From a virus: a stretch of DNA of 64,000 nt. Positions within the stretch are counted from its first letter, which is position 1. The number at the start of each line of letters is the position of its first letter. The position numbers were made by a program, and so were the translations under genes. Below the pieces are notes generated by a model. The model saw only the letters and a program-made list of their open reading frames with translations, made no database searches and was not told the DNA's origin. The stretch is taken from positions 1 through 64,000 of IMG/VR virus record IMGVR_UViG_3300048591_001244; one strand, 5' to 3'. Positions 18,501 through 29,124 of this stretch are shown here, piece after piece.

Positions 18501-21500
18501 TCCTGTTGAGCAAGTTCAGCATCTGTTCCTTTCCACATACGCTGAGCCATAATTTTAGCATAAAGGTCAGGAGAGGCATCTTTCCAGATCATTGCTCTCA
18601 CCCTTGACCAAAAATGTTTCATCCAATTAGAAACCTTGTTAAACAATCCTTTGTTCTGAGATTCTAATTTTACTAATTCTGTTCCAGCCTTACCAATAGC
18701 ATTTACAGCCGCTTCCTCAGAGCCATAATGTGCAAGCAACTTCTTCTTTACAATATCACTATCAGGTAGCATAGCCCAGTAAATATGCGCGTGCTCATGG
18801 AATATAGCTTCTTGGTGAGGCGTGTTAGGATTGATCCAATAGGCATCACCGATGGAAGCACCCCAGGCATTCATGTCAAGCTTCTTTCCCGGAGCGATGA
18901 CATCAATGACTCTCTGGAACTCTTCTGCAGAGAAAGCCTTGACATGAGGGAATAGCTTAGCAAACTTTTTACGCATGATCTCTATCTGCTTAGGATCTGC
19001 AGAAGTGATAGGATCTTCATTCAGATTTTTTGGGCCAATTGTATCTTCAGGGAAATCAATTTGTGACTGTCCTGTAGTCGGTGGCGGTGGAAGATTTAAA
19101 ATAGCATTAAGCTGAGCTTCCCAATTAGGATCAGCCATGTTTATAACAGGAATTCCTTTACGAGAAGCCATTTCATTTGAAGCTGGCCTATTTAAAAATG
19201 GAGAAGCACGCATAACCTCATTTGATAGATTTACTGATTTGTCCTTTTCATAATAGAAAATATCAACACTATTCCATTTGTATTGTATAGTCTCTTTTTT
19301 GCGCTCGAAAATATTATACTTTCCTTTTCTGTTTTCATCCTTGATCTTAACAAAATAAGGAAGTTCATTTATATTCTCTCCTGCCTTGTTCTTAACAACA
19401 TATTTTCTGGAAGAAGGAATATCCTTTCCGTTGATAACAACTCCAGCATAAAGGGTGTCAAACTCAGGAATTAATTCAGGATTATTTATCAAGATATCCC
19501 TTGAAACACTTGTTGCTCCATTAGTAGAATTTAAAAATGAAAGACCTTCAAGTTTTGTCTTTACATCTTTCAATGTCTTGTATGGAAGTATCTCATAGAA
19601 AGAACCTGACCATGGCGCACTTCTCCATCCAAATTCACTAACCAAATATTTAATCAGCATATTCAGATCAGAATCAGGAAGCTCCTTCATCTTGTCTTTC
19701 GCTATTTTCGAGTAGCCAAAATCATCAACATTCTGTTTAGCCTCTTCACTAAGTTCAACTCTCTCATTGACCAGACTGAATGTTAAATATTTTTTCACAA
19801 AACTATCTTCTGGAAACTTTTCAAGCCACTGAGCCACATCATCTTTTAAAGATTCTTTTGACTCTGTGACATTCATAGCTTGAAGCATCAAGAACTTATC
19901 AAATTCATTGTAAATTAAATCATACTGATCTTTTTTTAAGTTTCTTATTCTTTCTTTCCATCCTTCTTCATTGTATGGATTATCAATCAATGACAGCTCT
20001 TTGGCAATTCTATATATCACATGCTGTCCAAAATTTGTTGAAATTGGGTGTGTAGCATAATAAGACCCTGAAATAGCCCTATTGATTTTTGCTCTCACAA
20101 AAGAATCAGAATTGATCATCTCTTGAACCTGACTGTGATTGATAAAACGCAATGGCCTTGAGCCTTCCTTTGGAAACATAATCCGATCATAAGCATGCTT
20201 TCCTTCCATGTACTCTCCATAAGAAAGAGGTCCAGAGGTTGTAAGCTTTAATATCTTATTGATCATCTGTATCTCACTGGAAAGCTTATTCATGGCACTA
20301 AACATTCTCACAATTTTAATCTGAGATGTTATTGAATCACTTTCCATATCATAATCATACAGATCTGGAAGTCTGTTCTTTTGTAAAACCCAAGCATTGC
20401 TATAAAATTCTTTTTGTTCTTCTGTTAATGACTCACCCATTGTTTTAGGAGAGATCATAGCAAGGACAATCTTATCATAAACATCATCACCGTTTCTTCG
20501 ATTACTGACTGAGGTAAAATGTTCATATAATTCAATGAACTTCTTCATTCCCGGAGTATGCATAAATGCAGTAAGACTATCTTCAATCTCAGCATCCAGT
20601 CCTAATAAAGCATCATATTGTCCGGCAGTAGAAGAGAACTTATTCATCATTGACAGCGTACCATTTTTGACAGCATCGGCAGCATGATTCAAATGAGCGT
20701 TCAATACAGAAAACAACTTTTCTTTTTCTCTTGATTCCAGCCTGTTCTTTTCTTCCGTATGAGCACGACCAAGCTGACGAACAAGAGCTTCATCTTTTAC
20801 AAGTTTATTATCTTCATTGTAATAGAAATATTCACTTTCATCCTCTTGATTCTTTTCAATCTCTACATAATAGTTCTTCCCTTTAAACTCAAAAGAATTT
20901 ATTGTGTCCTTATCAACTGTTCTACCCCATCCGGTTAATAGGAATGGAATCTTTTCCCATGTTCTTGACTCAGTATTGAATTTGGGGAAACGAATCTGAG
21001 TAGATAAGTTAATATCATTTGAAGCTAAATTATAAACAACCTTCAGTGCAGAAGCAGTAATTGATATGACATCCTGAGAATCTAAGTTAGCTCGAACCAT
21101 CTTATTCCAGCTACTCGGCATCAACGGATCAAGATTCTTTCCTTCATCATAATACGTTTCCAGATATTCTTTCTTCTCTGCAATAGTCGTCTGCTCAGTA
21201 ATACGATTGAACATATGAGGATCTTCATACGTTTCTTTCATCATTTCAAAGATGCTGTTCATCCGGGACTCATAACTAGAATCCCCTGCAGGAACTTCTT
21301 TTCCTGCCTTGTTCTTATATGGAGCCCAAAGGAATACTGTATCACCATCATGGTCTGATCCGGAATAAACCTGAATTGCGCCATCGGTAACAATAGTATT
21401 TTTCATTGTCGGCGGTAAAAACCCTGCAACTTTAACATAAGAGAAGGAATTCAAATCACCGGTAGGTACGCGAATAATAAATAATCCTTCACCTTCTTCA

Positions 21501-24500
21501 AAGCCATTAGGGTTTTCATCAGACTTCATTGCCGAAGCAGGAAGGTAAACAACAGGACTCTGTACCTCATTTTTCTCTTTGTCAAGCTTGATATGACCTA
21601 AATTCTGTCCTATTACCTTTCCATGAACATACTGAGCCTTTAGTACAACAAAGTCAAGGAGTTTTTTTCTTACCGCGTTCTTCCAGTACTTGTTTACAAT
21701 TCCACGAACAATAGGATCCTGCATTGTTATTACAGACTGCTTGTTCATTTCTTTCAAGGCCATAACATCATCACTCTTTGGATTGATAGTCATGAGCCAT
21801 TTTATAATATCTTCCCCGCTCTTATTTAATACCTCTTGAATTTCTTTTTCTTTTATTAAAGAAGCTTCAGAGAATAATTTATCAATCGCTGCTTTATGCT
21901 TTGTAGACTTTAAAATGTTCAATATCTGAGTAGGAAGGGAACCAAGATTTAACAGACCTTCATTTGTAAGATCAAGTATGACACGGAAATCATCATTCTC
22001 AATGTCTATGTATTTTGGTGCCTCTTTACCAAAGTCAACTTCTTTAATATCCGGACCGCTGGTAGTCCATTTCCAGTCATTGACATTTTCCTCTCCTGTT
22101 ATTTTTGTTCCTGACTTAAATGCAATCCTGTCAATTCCATGTTCTTTAGCATACTCAACAATCTTTTTTGCCATTGGATTCTGTGCATAAAAGATCTTTC
22201 CTTCCTCAGTATGTAAATGAGGATACACAACATCATTAGCTTTTATTAAATGCTCTGAGCCATTGATATGAGTATATGTGAATGCTTTGATAACGCCTGA
22301 GTACATTCCACCGGAACTTATTTCAATCTGGTCATTGAACCAAGGCATCATAATATCACCGCCATCAGGAAGCTCAACTTCCTTGTTCCATACTCCAATG
22401 TCAATAAAGACCTTTGGATCATTAACAATCATCACCCTGTGCGTTTTACCTATTCCTCCAGGTAATCCTTGCAATAAAGTAAGTCCCATACCATGTATCT
22501 TCCTTTTGATAGACATGGCATATGAAAGCTCCCGATCATTCTTACCTCTGAAATACTGATCAGTGTGATACTTGTTGTAAATGTGATTGTAAACAAATTC
22601 TTCGGCAAATTCTCTTGAAGATACTCCGGGATCTGTCATGAACTTTTTGGCAACAAAATTTTCAATCTTTTTTTGCCACATTCCAACTTCCTTGTTAATA
22701 GCTTCAGAAGACTGTTTTGCAGTAGTCTTATTTCTTTTGGCGTGTAACTTGCGTATGCTGTCCTTCTGAGCAGTGGTAAGATTTCTTAACCTCTCAACAG
22801 GGATCATAATCTTAGTGGAGCTATCGGCCTGCTGATCCATTGTAAAAAGATAATTACCCTTTCCTGCCATATGTTCTTTATCAGAATGCATAAAATTGGC
22901 AATGAGCATAATGTCAAAATCAGTACTGTTTAACTTTGACCTCTCTTCTGCAATATTGGTATCAGTATTTTTTACTCCATCAAGCTTAAAGAATTTAATG
23001 GAATCTTTAAACTTTTGGAACCACGGATTATCCTTGTACAGTTTTCTTATATCTTCACGCTTAGCTCTTTTTCCCTGATTTGTAAGAAAGCTATCATATT
23101 CTGTAGAATCCTGATTCTTACCGGTAGCAGTAGTAAACCGTTTGGCAACACCAAGATTTACTGAATATTCAGCAAAGTGCCTTGAGATTGTATCAAGCTG
23201 AGATCCCTTCTCTCCAACTCCTTCATAATAATCTTTTATTGCCTTTGTACTTGTTAAAGCCCTTATGCGACGAAGTTGGTGATAAGATATTTCAGTAGCG
23301 TTGTCTGCTGTTGGAAAAGCTGTCTTTCCTCCAAATGACTGACCATTTATAATTCTATTAGCCAAAAATCTTTCATATGTTTCAAAGCCTTCTTTCTTTG
23401 AATAGTATCTTAAAAAAGCTTCCCACTGACCTCTGTTTTTATGCTGATCAATACCGGTTATCCTCTTCGCTGTTTCTATATCTGCATTGATAAGATCAGC
23501 AACGAAAGAAGATCTGGTAAGAGCATCAATCAAATCTTCCTTTTTTGCAGCCCAGTCAATACCTGTTACATCAGACTTCTTATTTAATTTGCTGATAACA
23601 TATTGCCAATTAAAATGCGTTTTAGCATTTGCTCCGAATTCTTTTTTCAGCAGTTCAATTAAATCCTTGTTTTCTTCTCGAATGAATTTGTCAAGAGCAA
23701 TTAAAATCTTAACTTTCTTTTCGTCATTATTTTGAAGAATAGAACGTATTTCAGTTATACTTATGGAAGCAAGTTTTTTTGCAAGGGACTCTCTGTTCTC
23801 TCTTTTAATCTGTGGCTTAGTGTACCTTGCATTTGATTGTAATGGAACAAATGGCCCTTCATTAGAATTAATGTATAGCAGGTTTACAAAGCGCTGAGAG
23901 CTTTTGTAATGGTTTCTCAAGCGAACAAATCGGTTAAAGTGAAAATCATCTTGGTCTCCATTTCTCCAAACTTCTGCCATTTCTCGAACAGGAAAGAAGT
24001 CAATAAAATACTGCTTGACATCAATTTCATCATCAGGCATCTGATCGACAAGATCTTCTGCCATCTCCATCAATTCATTCCTGGTATATTCACCAACATA
24101 AGGAAGGCTTGTGTTACTATTTATAAATAAACCATATAGCTTCTTTTCATTTTCTGCAAATCGATCTTCAGAATCTGAAAGATTGGCCATCTTTGCAGCT
24201 TCAATTTCATCACTCCAACGTGCCTGAAGAACAGGATCATTATTAACATATTCAGCAATGATAGGATTTCTGATTTCTGTTTTTGAACCATACAAAGCTT
24301 TCAAGCTTATTGTCAAATCAGCTTCTTCTCCTATTGTAAGTTCTTTTCCTGTTTCTTCCCTGTGAAGTTTCTTTGCTTCTATGATAACCCGATCAATTGC
24401 ATCATCGGCAAGTTCAAGCCTTCTCTCTTCTGTAATTTCAATGTTCTTGCTTTTAAGAATACGTAATCCTTTTAGGTAAAGATTATAAGTAAGGTCTAAG

Positions 24501-27500
24501 AGGGCTTTCCATGTGGCAAGACCAACAATTTTAATTACAGCTTGCGGATTATAAAAAAAACCAAGATCTCCGCGGCTCTTTTTAATATTTTTTGCAAGTG
24601 AATCGCTTACTTTTTTTCTTTCTGCATTTATCTTATTAAGAAACGGATCATTCTGTTCTTCTTCAGAAGGCTTCTCAGCTTTGAATTCTGTATCAGGAGT
24701 AATTTTAAATGGATCTTCTGAAACTTCTGTTTTCTCAGGCTCATTTTTAGGCATATGAGAAAAATCAAAATCTCCTATGTTGTTTTCTTGATATCCGGCT
24801 TCTTCTGGACTAAGCTCTCCAAGAATTGACTGTTCAGAATTGCCTCCTTCCTGTTCTTCTGAATAGAATTCATGACGAATTCTGCTGATTCTTTTTTGTT
24901 CTCTAATGGCTTCATTGGCTAATTGTTTTGTTAATTCAATTCCATATTTTGTATATATCTGATCTGAAATTATTTTTGCCGCCCCATAATTATCATGGTT
25001 ATTTGAAAGACTATCTGTTGCCTTTCTTGATGGGTTGTCAAAAATAAAACGGATTAAATAATCTATTGTGTATTCAGGATATTTTACTTCAAGGTTTTCA
25101 TCTTCAAATAAATCGATATTTGAATTGTCTACTTTTTTACTCCCATACTTATCAATAAGCTTTTCTTTAACCGATGAATACTTTTCAGATTCTGATTTTA
25201 ATATTACAAGATCTGACTTCTTCAAATTCTTTTCTAAAACCCAACGCTTTTTAAATTCACTAAATTCTATGGGGCTCATGTCTCTAATATAATTTAAGTC
25301 TCCATGTCTTTGAAAACTTAAAATACTAAACGCAGGAGCATTTTCAGCTAAATAAAAATCAAGTCCTGTTTTTCTTCCAGACTCTACATTTTCTTGTTCT
25401 TTTTTAATATTTAGATATCCAATAATCCAATCGATTAAATTAGGACTTTTTATTGTAGATTCTGCAGAAGCTTCATGTGAACTGTTTTCTGGACGCTCAA
25501 ATTGATAAGATTCGTCATATTTTGCCCAGGCAATATTTTTTATTGCTTCGATTTCATAAATCTCTTTTAATGTATTATAAAGAGAACCCTTATCATATAC
25601 ATATCCGCTTTTAAAATTTTTGAAAATGAGTTTTTCACTATTCCAGTAAGCTCCAAAGGCAACATTTTTGTGATATATTTTTACGTGATCTGTTTGAGAT
25701 AATACATTCAAATATTTATTTTTTAACTTTTCCTTTCTTTCCTTAAAGTTTTTTTTCTTTGGCTCGGATATTATTTTCGCTTCCTTTTTTTCTTGAGGTA
25801 CAACCGGTTCAGCTTTATCTTCTTTTTTCTCCGTCTCATTCTCTTGAAGTTTTAGTCCTAACTGATTTTTGAAGTAAGCAAGGTCATCACTGATGAAAGC
25901 ACCGGACTTTTGCTCATGACGCTGATTGTAAAAAACCTTGCTATTTGTAACCTCTCCCTTGTTATTCAAAAGGTACAGGTATGACAAGCCCAGTTTTTTC
26001 TGAACAGGTTTTTTTGTTCTCTCCGGAATAAACTCTCCTTGAGAATCTACAATATCAGAAGTGGCAAACAGATAATTGTTACCATGCTTATCTGTTAATT
26101 TATATACTGGCAATGACTTAGAGTGAGCAAGTGTTAATGTTGTATTTCCTTCTTTGTCTGTAACCTTTATCTCTCCCCCTGGAATCTCTAACATTCCATT
26201 GACAATTTTCAATGGTGCTTTTTTAACAGTTTCCTTTGAAGGGATTTCAAGATTTAATGAAGGATCAGGCTTTGCAGTTTTATTTATTCCAAAGAATTTG
26301 AGAATTTTTTCTTTGGTGTTAAGCTTTTTGGAAACCTGACTTAATGATGTTTTATGTTTTTTAGGATCAAACAATCGAGCGGCACGATGCTGTTTGGTCA
26401 TATGAGTAACCTCAGTATCATCTGTCTCTTTTTCTATTTCTTCTATTTTTGAATCTCTTTCTTTCTGAATTTTTTCCAACTCTTCATCATGAGCAAAGAC
26501 AGAGATGGCACCTTCGTCATAATCCTTTTTAAGCTTAGCGATTTTAACTTCAGCTGTATCACGAGCTAATTTTTTACGATCGTTTATATCGTCCTCTTTT
26601 GTCTGCTTAGGAGCAGGCTTTTCGTCATTCAGTTCAGCATTGATCTGATCAAGAACATCTTTTTCATCTTGCACCTTTCTCTGTTGAATATCAGAAACGC
26701 GTTTTATTTCCGCTTCATAGTCTTCATTACTAATAGGTGTACCTTCTTGCTGACGTTTTTCTGCATGTCTTTTAATTCCTTCAAGAACTTTCTTTCTGGT
26801 ATTTTCAGCTTCAGTTACCTTTATCTCCTGTAAGTTTTTTGCTCGAACAAGTTCTTCTTTACGTACAGCTTTTTTAGCTTCTTCATCTTCACCCTTGACC
26901 TCAAAAGTTAAATCATCAGAAATGGTAAATGGCTTTTCTTCTGGCTCTCCTTCTTTTATTACCTCAGAAGTAGCCGCCGGGGTTTCCGAAGTTGTTACAG
27001 GTCCCTTAGTTTCTGCTTCTGACGAAACTGCTTGCTCTTCAGATTTAGATTCTTCCTTCTTTTCTTCAGTAGGTTTGGTAGCTTTGGCAACAATACCATC
27101 AATTTTCTTCTGCCAATGTTTAACTTGATCCTCATAAGCTTTTATTTTTGCAGAAGTATATGGATTGGCAACTTCATTTGCTGACAACTCTTCAACTTTT
27201 GCTTTCGCTGAATTTTGATTCCACAGAGCTTCAAAAAACTCTGCTTTATCTTCCGTCTGAATTTTTAAATCATCCTTTTTTATCTCGTCATGATATTGCT
27301 TATAGAATCTTATTTTGTTTACAGCATTATTGTACTGCTCGTCAGTAAGCCTACCTTGATCATGTACTTTTTTAAGCTGACTTTCTAATAAAGCTTCATT
27401 GCCCGTTTCTATGTGACGATAGATCTCTTCATTTTGACTACGCTCTCTTTGAGGAGAAACAGTTCCACCAAAAGCACCACCCATAAATCCACCTAAGATG

Positions 27501-29122
27501 CTCTCATACAATTCTGCCTGCTCCTTCTTTCCCATCATGACAGTACCATATTTGTTACCATCATGACCCATGTTGTCATACATAACCTGCATGTACTGAG
27601 AGAACAATGTCTGAGATCCTTCTTCAATTCCTTCTCCAACAGCTTCTTTTACAGCATTCTTACCATACAAAGCAAGATTTAATGCAGTATGCTTAATGGT
27701 AGCATTGAACAGACCATTCATTGACGTGGGATTAGGAACATCTACCCCTATTGTTAATTGTTCTTTTAATGCTGTCTTAACAGATTTTCTTTTTGTAGCC
27801 ATATCTTCAGCTACATCTTTGAATATCTTACGTTTGTTCAAAAGCCTTAATTCCTGACCACCGATCATTATCTCCATAGCACCTACACCAATTGCCGTAG
27901 CAGCTGTAAATGCATATCCTGCACGTCCTTTAATGCCTGCCTGCCTTGCAGCTTCTGAGGCTTCAGATAAGCTTATCATAGAAGAAACAAGCCAAGACTC
28001 TTTATTTTTAAATGGACTGTTGGCTACAAGTTTCTGAGCTATTGAAGCAGGCTTTGCTGTCAGTGCAGCAATTTCATCTCCTGCCTGAGCAGCTTTCCCG
28101 GAACCAGAGATAGCTCTGGCAACACCGGCACCACCAATAAATTGAGCCAACGATCCAACAACATCACCCATCAGGCGAACCATATTCTGAGGATTTGGAG
28201 TAAACTCAACATCTCCATCTTCTCCTACGCCAAATACAGATTTGCTTGCATCTTCATGAGTGTCAAATTTCATGTTGTCAACATGAGCAATGAAATCTTT
28301 CATCCAGGAAGAATCTTCTCCTGTTGTCAGTCCATAGAAAAGATTTGCAACTTCCGGAACAGTCTTACCGACATTAACAAAACTATTGTAAATCGACTTG
28401 CCTAATGTCGTTGCAGGGTTATCATCATCTGCACTTAGCTGATTGCCAAAAGTGCTTTCTATTTTTGCTCCTGGCGGGGGCAATTCTCCAACACCTAAAG
28501 CGATGGCTTTTCCATCTGCATCAAAATAATATCTCTTTTGATCGGTAGCGGCACCTTTTATTCCACCATAAAGACCACCGGCGGCCGCGGCAATACCTAC
28601 TCCTGCAGCTCCTACCGGTCCAAAGCTTGATGCTAACCCTGTAGCAACACCTGTTGTTGTGGCTCCGGTGACAAGACCTTCCATGAAACGGGAAAACATG
28701 GTATCATCTTGTTGCTTGGGATCAAGTCCCTGCATGACTTTAGCTGTCTGAATATAGTCTTCTGAATCAAAAGTATAAGCAGCCCATTTGAGATATTGCT
28801 TTTCATCATCATTGACATTCTGGTATCTGTCGATCTGATTGTCAATCTCTCGCTTTTTAGCAATTAATGGAGTAATCTGACTTCCGTATTTATACACCTG
28901 ACCAAAATCAGTAAGAGGCTTAACTTTTACATCTGCCCCAGATTCAATAATTTCATCTAATGGAATTCCCTTTTCTCTTATTTGAGAAACAAGATCTTGA
29001 TTGAAATCATCTTCTTCTTTTGTTTTAAAAACAACACCATTAGCTTCTAAGTCATCAATGCTATAAGCCTGACCACTTTTTAAAGTTAAAGGGTGATTGT
29101 TATTTTCCTCTGGTTTTGGCAT
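15593..29122 (-). CDS. Virion-packaged single-subunit (double-psi-barrel) RNA polymerase polyprotein
   Basis: 4509 aa; IRVP...GSDHDGD metal-binding motif (21341-21355); zincin-like HEHAH (18785-18799); hydrophobic Gly/Ala-rich N-terminal segments; crAss-like gene context. Confidence 0.85.
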   Translation of the reverse strand: MPKPEENNNHPLTLKSGQAYSIDDLEANGVVFKTKEEDDFNQDLVSQIREKGIPLDEIIESGADVKVKPLTDFGQVYKYGSQITPLIAKKREIDNQIDRYQNVNDDEKQYLKWAAYTFDSEDYIQTAKVMQGLDPKQQDDTMFSRFMEGLVTGATTTGVATGLASSFGPVGAAGVGIAAAAGGLYGGIKGAATDQKRYYFDADGKAIALGVGELPPPGAKIESTFGNQLSADDDNPATTLGKSIYNSFVNVGKTVPEVANLFYGLTTGEDSSWMKDFIAHVDNMKFDTHEDASKSVFGVGEDGDVEFTPNPQNMVRLMGDVVGSLAQFIGGAGVARAISGSGKAAQAGDEIAALTAKPASIAQKLVANSPFKNKESWLVSSMISLSEASEAARQAGIKGRAGYAFTAATAIGVGAMEIMIGGQELRLLNKRKIFKDVAEDMATKRKSVKTALKEQLTIGVDVPNPTSMNGLFNATIKHTALNLALYGKNAVKEAVGEGIEEGSQTLFSQYMQVMYDNMGHDGNKYGTVMMGKKEQAELYESILGGFMGGAFGGTVSPQRERSQNEEIYRHIETGNEALLESQLKKVHDQGRLTDEQYNNAVNKIRFYKQYHDEIKKDDLKIQTEDKAEFFEALWNQNSAKAKVEELSANEVANPYTSAKIKAYEDQVKHWQKKIDGIVAKATKPTEEKKEESKSEEQAVSSEAETKGPVTTSETPAATSEVIKEGEPEEKPFTISDDLTFEVKGEDEEAKKAVRKEELVRAKNLQEIKVTEAENTRKKVLEGIKRHAEKRQQEGTPISNEDYEAEIKRVSDIQQRKVQDEKDVLDQINAELNDEKPAPKQTKEDDINDRKKLARDTAEVKIAKLKKDYDEGAISVFAHDEELEKIQKERDSKIEEIEKETDDTEVTHMTKQHRAARLFDPKKHKTSLSQVSKKLNTKEKILKFFGINKTAKPDPSLNLEIPSKETVKKAPLKIVNGMLEIPGGEIKVTDKEGNTTLTLAHSKSLPVYKLTDKHGNNYLFATSDIVDSQGEFIPERTKKPVQKKLGLSYLYLLNNKGEVTNSKVFYNQRHEQKSGAFISDDLAYFKNQLGLKLQENETEKKEDKAEPVVPQEKKEAKIISEPKKKNFKERKEKLKNKYLNVLSQTDHVKIYHKNVAFGAYWNSEKLIFKNFKSGYVYDKGSLYNTLKEIYEIEAIKNIAWAKYDESYQFERPENSSHEASAESTIKSPNLIDWIIGYLNIKKEQENVESGRKTGLDFYLAENAPAFSILSFQRHGDLNYIRDMSPIEFSEFKKRWVLEKNLKKSDLVILKSESEKYSSVKEKLIDKYGSKKVDNSNIDLFEDENLEVKYPEYTIDYLIRFIFDNPSRKATDSLSNNHDNYGAAKIISDQIYTKYGIELTKQLANEAIREQKRISRIRHEFYSEEQEGGNSEQSILGELSPEEAGYQENNIGDFDFSHMPKNEPEKTEVSEDPFKITPDTEFKAEKPSEEEQNDPFLNKINAERKKVSDSLAKNIKKSRGDLGFFYNPQAVIKIVGLATWKALLDLTYNLYLKGLRILKSKNIEITEERRLELADDAIDRVIIEAKKLHREETGKELTIGEEADLTISLKALYGSKTEIRNPIIAEYVNNDPVLQARWSDEIEAAKMANLSDSEDRFAENEKKLYGLFINSNTSLPYVGEYTRNELMEMAEDLVDQMPDDEIDVKQYFIDFFPVREMAEVWRNGDQDDFHFNRFVRLRNHYKSSQRFVNLLYINSNEGPFVPLQSNARYTKPQIKRENRESLAKKLASISITEIRSILQNNDEKKVKILIALDKFIREENKDLIELLKKEFGANAKTHFNWQYVISKLNKKSDVTGIDWAAKKEDLIDALTRSSFVADLINADIETAKRITGIDQHKNRGQWEAFLRYYSKKEGFETYERFLANRIINGQSFGGKTAFPTADNATEISYHQLRRIRALTSTKAIKDYYEGVGEKGSQLDTISRHFAEYSVNLGVAKRFTTATGKNQDSTEYDSFLTNQGKRAKREDIRKLYKDNPWFQKFKDSIKFFKLDGVKNTDTNIAEERSKLNSTDFDIMLIANFMHSDKEHMAGKGNYLFTMDQQADSSTKIMIPVERLRNLTTAQKDSIRKLHAKRNKTTAKQSSEAINKEVGMWQKKIENFVAKKFMTDPGVSSREFAEEFVYNHIYNKYHTDQYFRGKNDRELSYAMSIKRKIHGMGLTLLQGLPGGIGKTHRVMIVNDPKVFIDIGVWNKEVELPDGGDIMMPWFNDQIEISSGGMYSGVIKAFTYTHINGSEHLIKANDVVYPHLHTEEGKIFYAQNPMAKKIVEYAKEHGIDRIAFKSGTKITGEENVNDWKWTTSGPDIKEVDFGKEAPKYIDIENDDFRVILDLTNEGLLNLGSLPTQILNILKSTKHKAAIDKLFSEASLIKEKEIQEVLNKSGEDIIKWLMTINPKSDDVMALKEMNKQSVITMQDPIVRGIVNKYWKNAVRKKLLDFVVLKAQYVHGKVIGQNLGHIKLDKEKNEVQSPVVYLPASAMKSDENPNGFEEGEGLFIIRVPTGDLNSFSYVKVAGFLPPTMKNTIVTDGAIQVYSGSDHDGDTVFLWAPYKNKAGKEVPAGDSSYESRMNSIFEMMKETYEDPHMFNRITEQTTIAEKKEYLETYYDEGKNLDPLMPSSWNKMVRANLDSQDVISITASALKVVYNLASNDINLSTQIRFPKFNTESRTWEKIPFLLTGWGRTVDKDTINSFEFKGKNYYVEIEKNQEDESEYFYYNEDNKLVKDEALVRQLGRAHTEEKNRLESREKEKLFSVLNAHLNHAADAVKNGTLSMMNKFSSTAGQYDALLGLDAEIEDSLTAFMHTPGMKKFIELYEHFTSVSNRRNGDDVYDKIVLAMISPKTMGESLTEEQKEFYSNAWVLQKNRLPDLYDYDMESDSITSQIKIVRMFSAMNKLSSEIQMINKILKLTTSGPLSYGEYMEGKHAYDRIMFPKEGSRPLRFINHSQVQEMINSDSFVRAKINRAISGSYYATHPISTNFGQHVIYRIAKELSLIDNPYNEEGWKERIRNLKKDQYDLIYNEFDKFLMLQAMNVTESKESLKDDVAQWLEKFPEDSFVKKYLTFSLVNERVELSEEAKQNVDDFGYSKIAKDKMKELPDSDLNMLIKYLVSEFGWRSAPWSGSFYEILPYKTLKDVKTKLEGLSFLNSTNGATSVSRDILINNPELIPEFDTLYAGVVINGKDIPSSRKYVVKNKAGENINELPYFVKIKDENRKGKYNIFERKKETIQYKWNSVDIFYYEKDKSVNLSNEVMRASPFLNRPASNEMASRKGIPVINMADPNWEAQLNAILNLPPPPTTGQSQIDFPEDTIGPKNLNEDPITSADPKQIEIMRKKFAKLFPHVKAFSAEEFQRVIDVIAPGKKLDMNAWGASIGDAYWINPNTPHQEAIFHEHAHIYWAMLPDSDIVKKKLLAHYGSEEAAVNAIGKAGTELVKLESQNKGLFNKVSNWMKHFWSRVRAMIWKDASPDLYAKIMAQRMWKGTDAELAQQDFRNLTLNYMKRTNTGPVFQDHQEKIDDLIKKINEKRENKIKSLSEIEHTDITRNAFSEIIRRGAQNFWQAAIERITGKQIQLADSKEFEIMAAGFTPIPGNNDYVYNEQFARVPYAGAMEPGFQMIRPIDKDTFSKDRVGIRYIDLIQNDENENLAKKVTKEYQEYLSDMIESAKLLSNRYTDESKLELLDKDAAVDIANDLSRLKAKYNSRGMNMKSDSLAYFDTVDTIITSYATAHLFTQEIKNEVDSKNDKNRVFIKALHEIFDPRDVKDLTTHNSWVGKDNVIAPFAAHLKSGSAAVALRNQIIQRAEFEANNAQAEIKHLLSPIYKKLKDLKVTKKEMTDMDTNTSVFYFVHPSGPGYPASENYQKLKGKTDEKSKAIIEFADTYASLLNNYAPKEVIATGEKMFQVNYAEATGTELSKKLGWFTAFMHQFFGQSKYDRLHIMVPEFDEPVTLKNYKRTLKERQKIGGADKKSKRQYYLALRKATETARKMYDSTSPMDAANEPIIRTDAKSMFHSLYKEDSGTRSRDIFTPAMHFLHQGAFVRALGDNLLVMEFTENYATTYNAKGKNVARFIKQLNDWQLYGIKPESKLPHNVEIVTKFLIEYTGLKFMALNFGAATMNLFGGITQNVRDLGFRKTFIGVMRTFGSVKPGTNWKTAFLDSKIVNIMQQQRILEINHDWTTADSSDNYGFIKQLLFSPTAFVEFFNHSMTIAGSMSQKQWDAYKHDGTVKDGHKGMTADQIIKLISEAQDIHGSYHRLAKRIAASTTEGRAIMQLRTWMFDIYDVHAMSERFAGTSDKKLKGIVRTVGDIGGGTFKYLEVLAKEKDHEKAKKMFYALKPVDQENLRKLAREATMMLLISMLIAGFGDDDKETYTSLNRMWGDVAVVYDIDNYIYTFQGGLPVFSTIVDALKMMKGLAENGFYGPLVYEKDTKYGKKGDSKVPMMVVNTLPMEKVIKKFMEEK

Positions 29123-29124
29123 AA

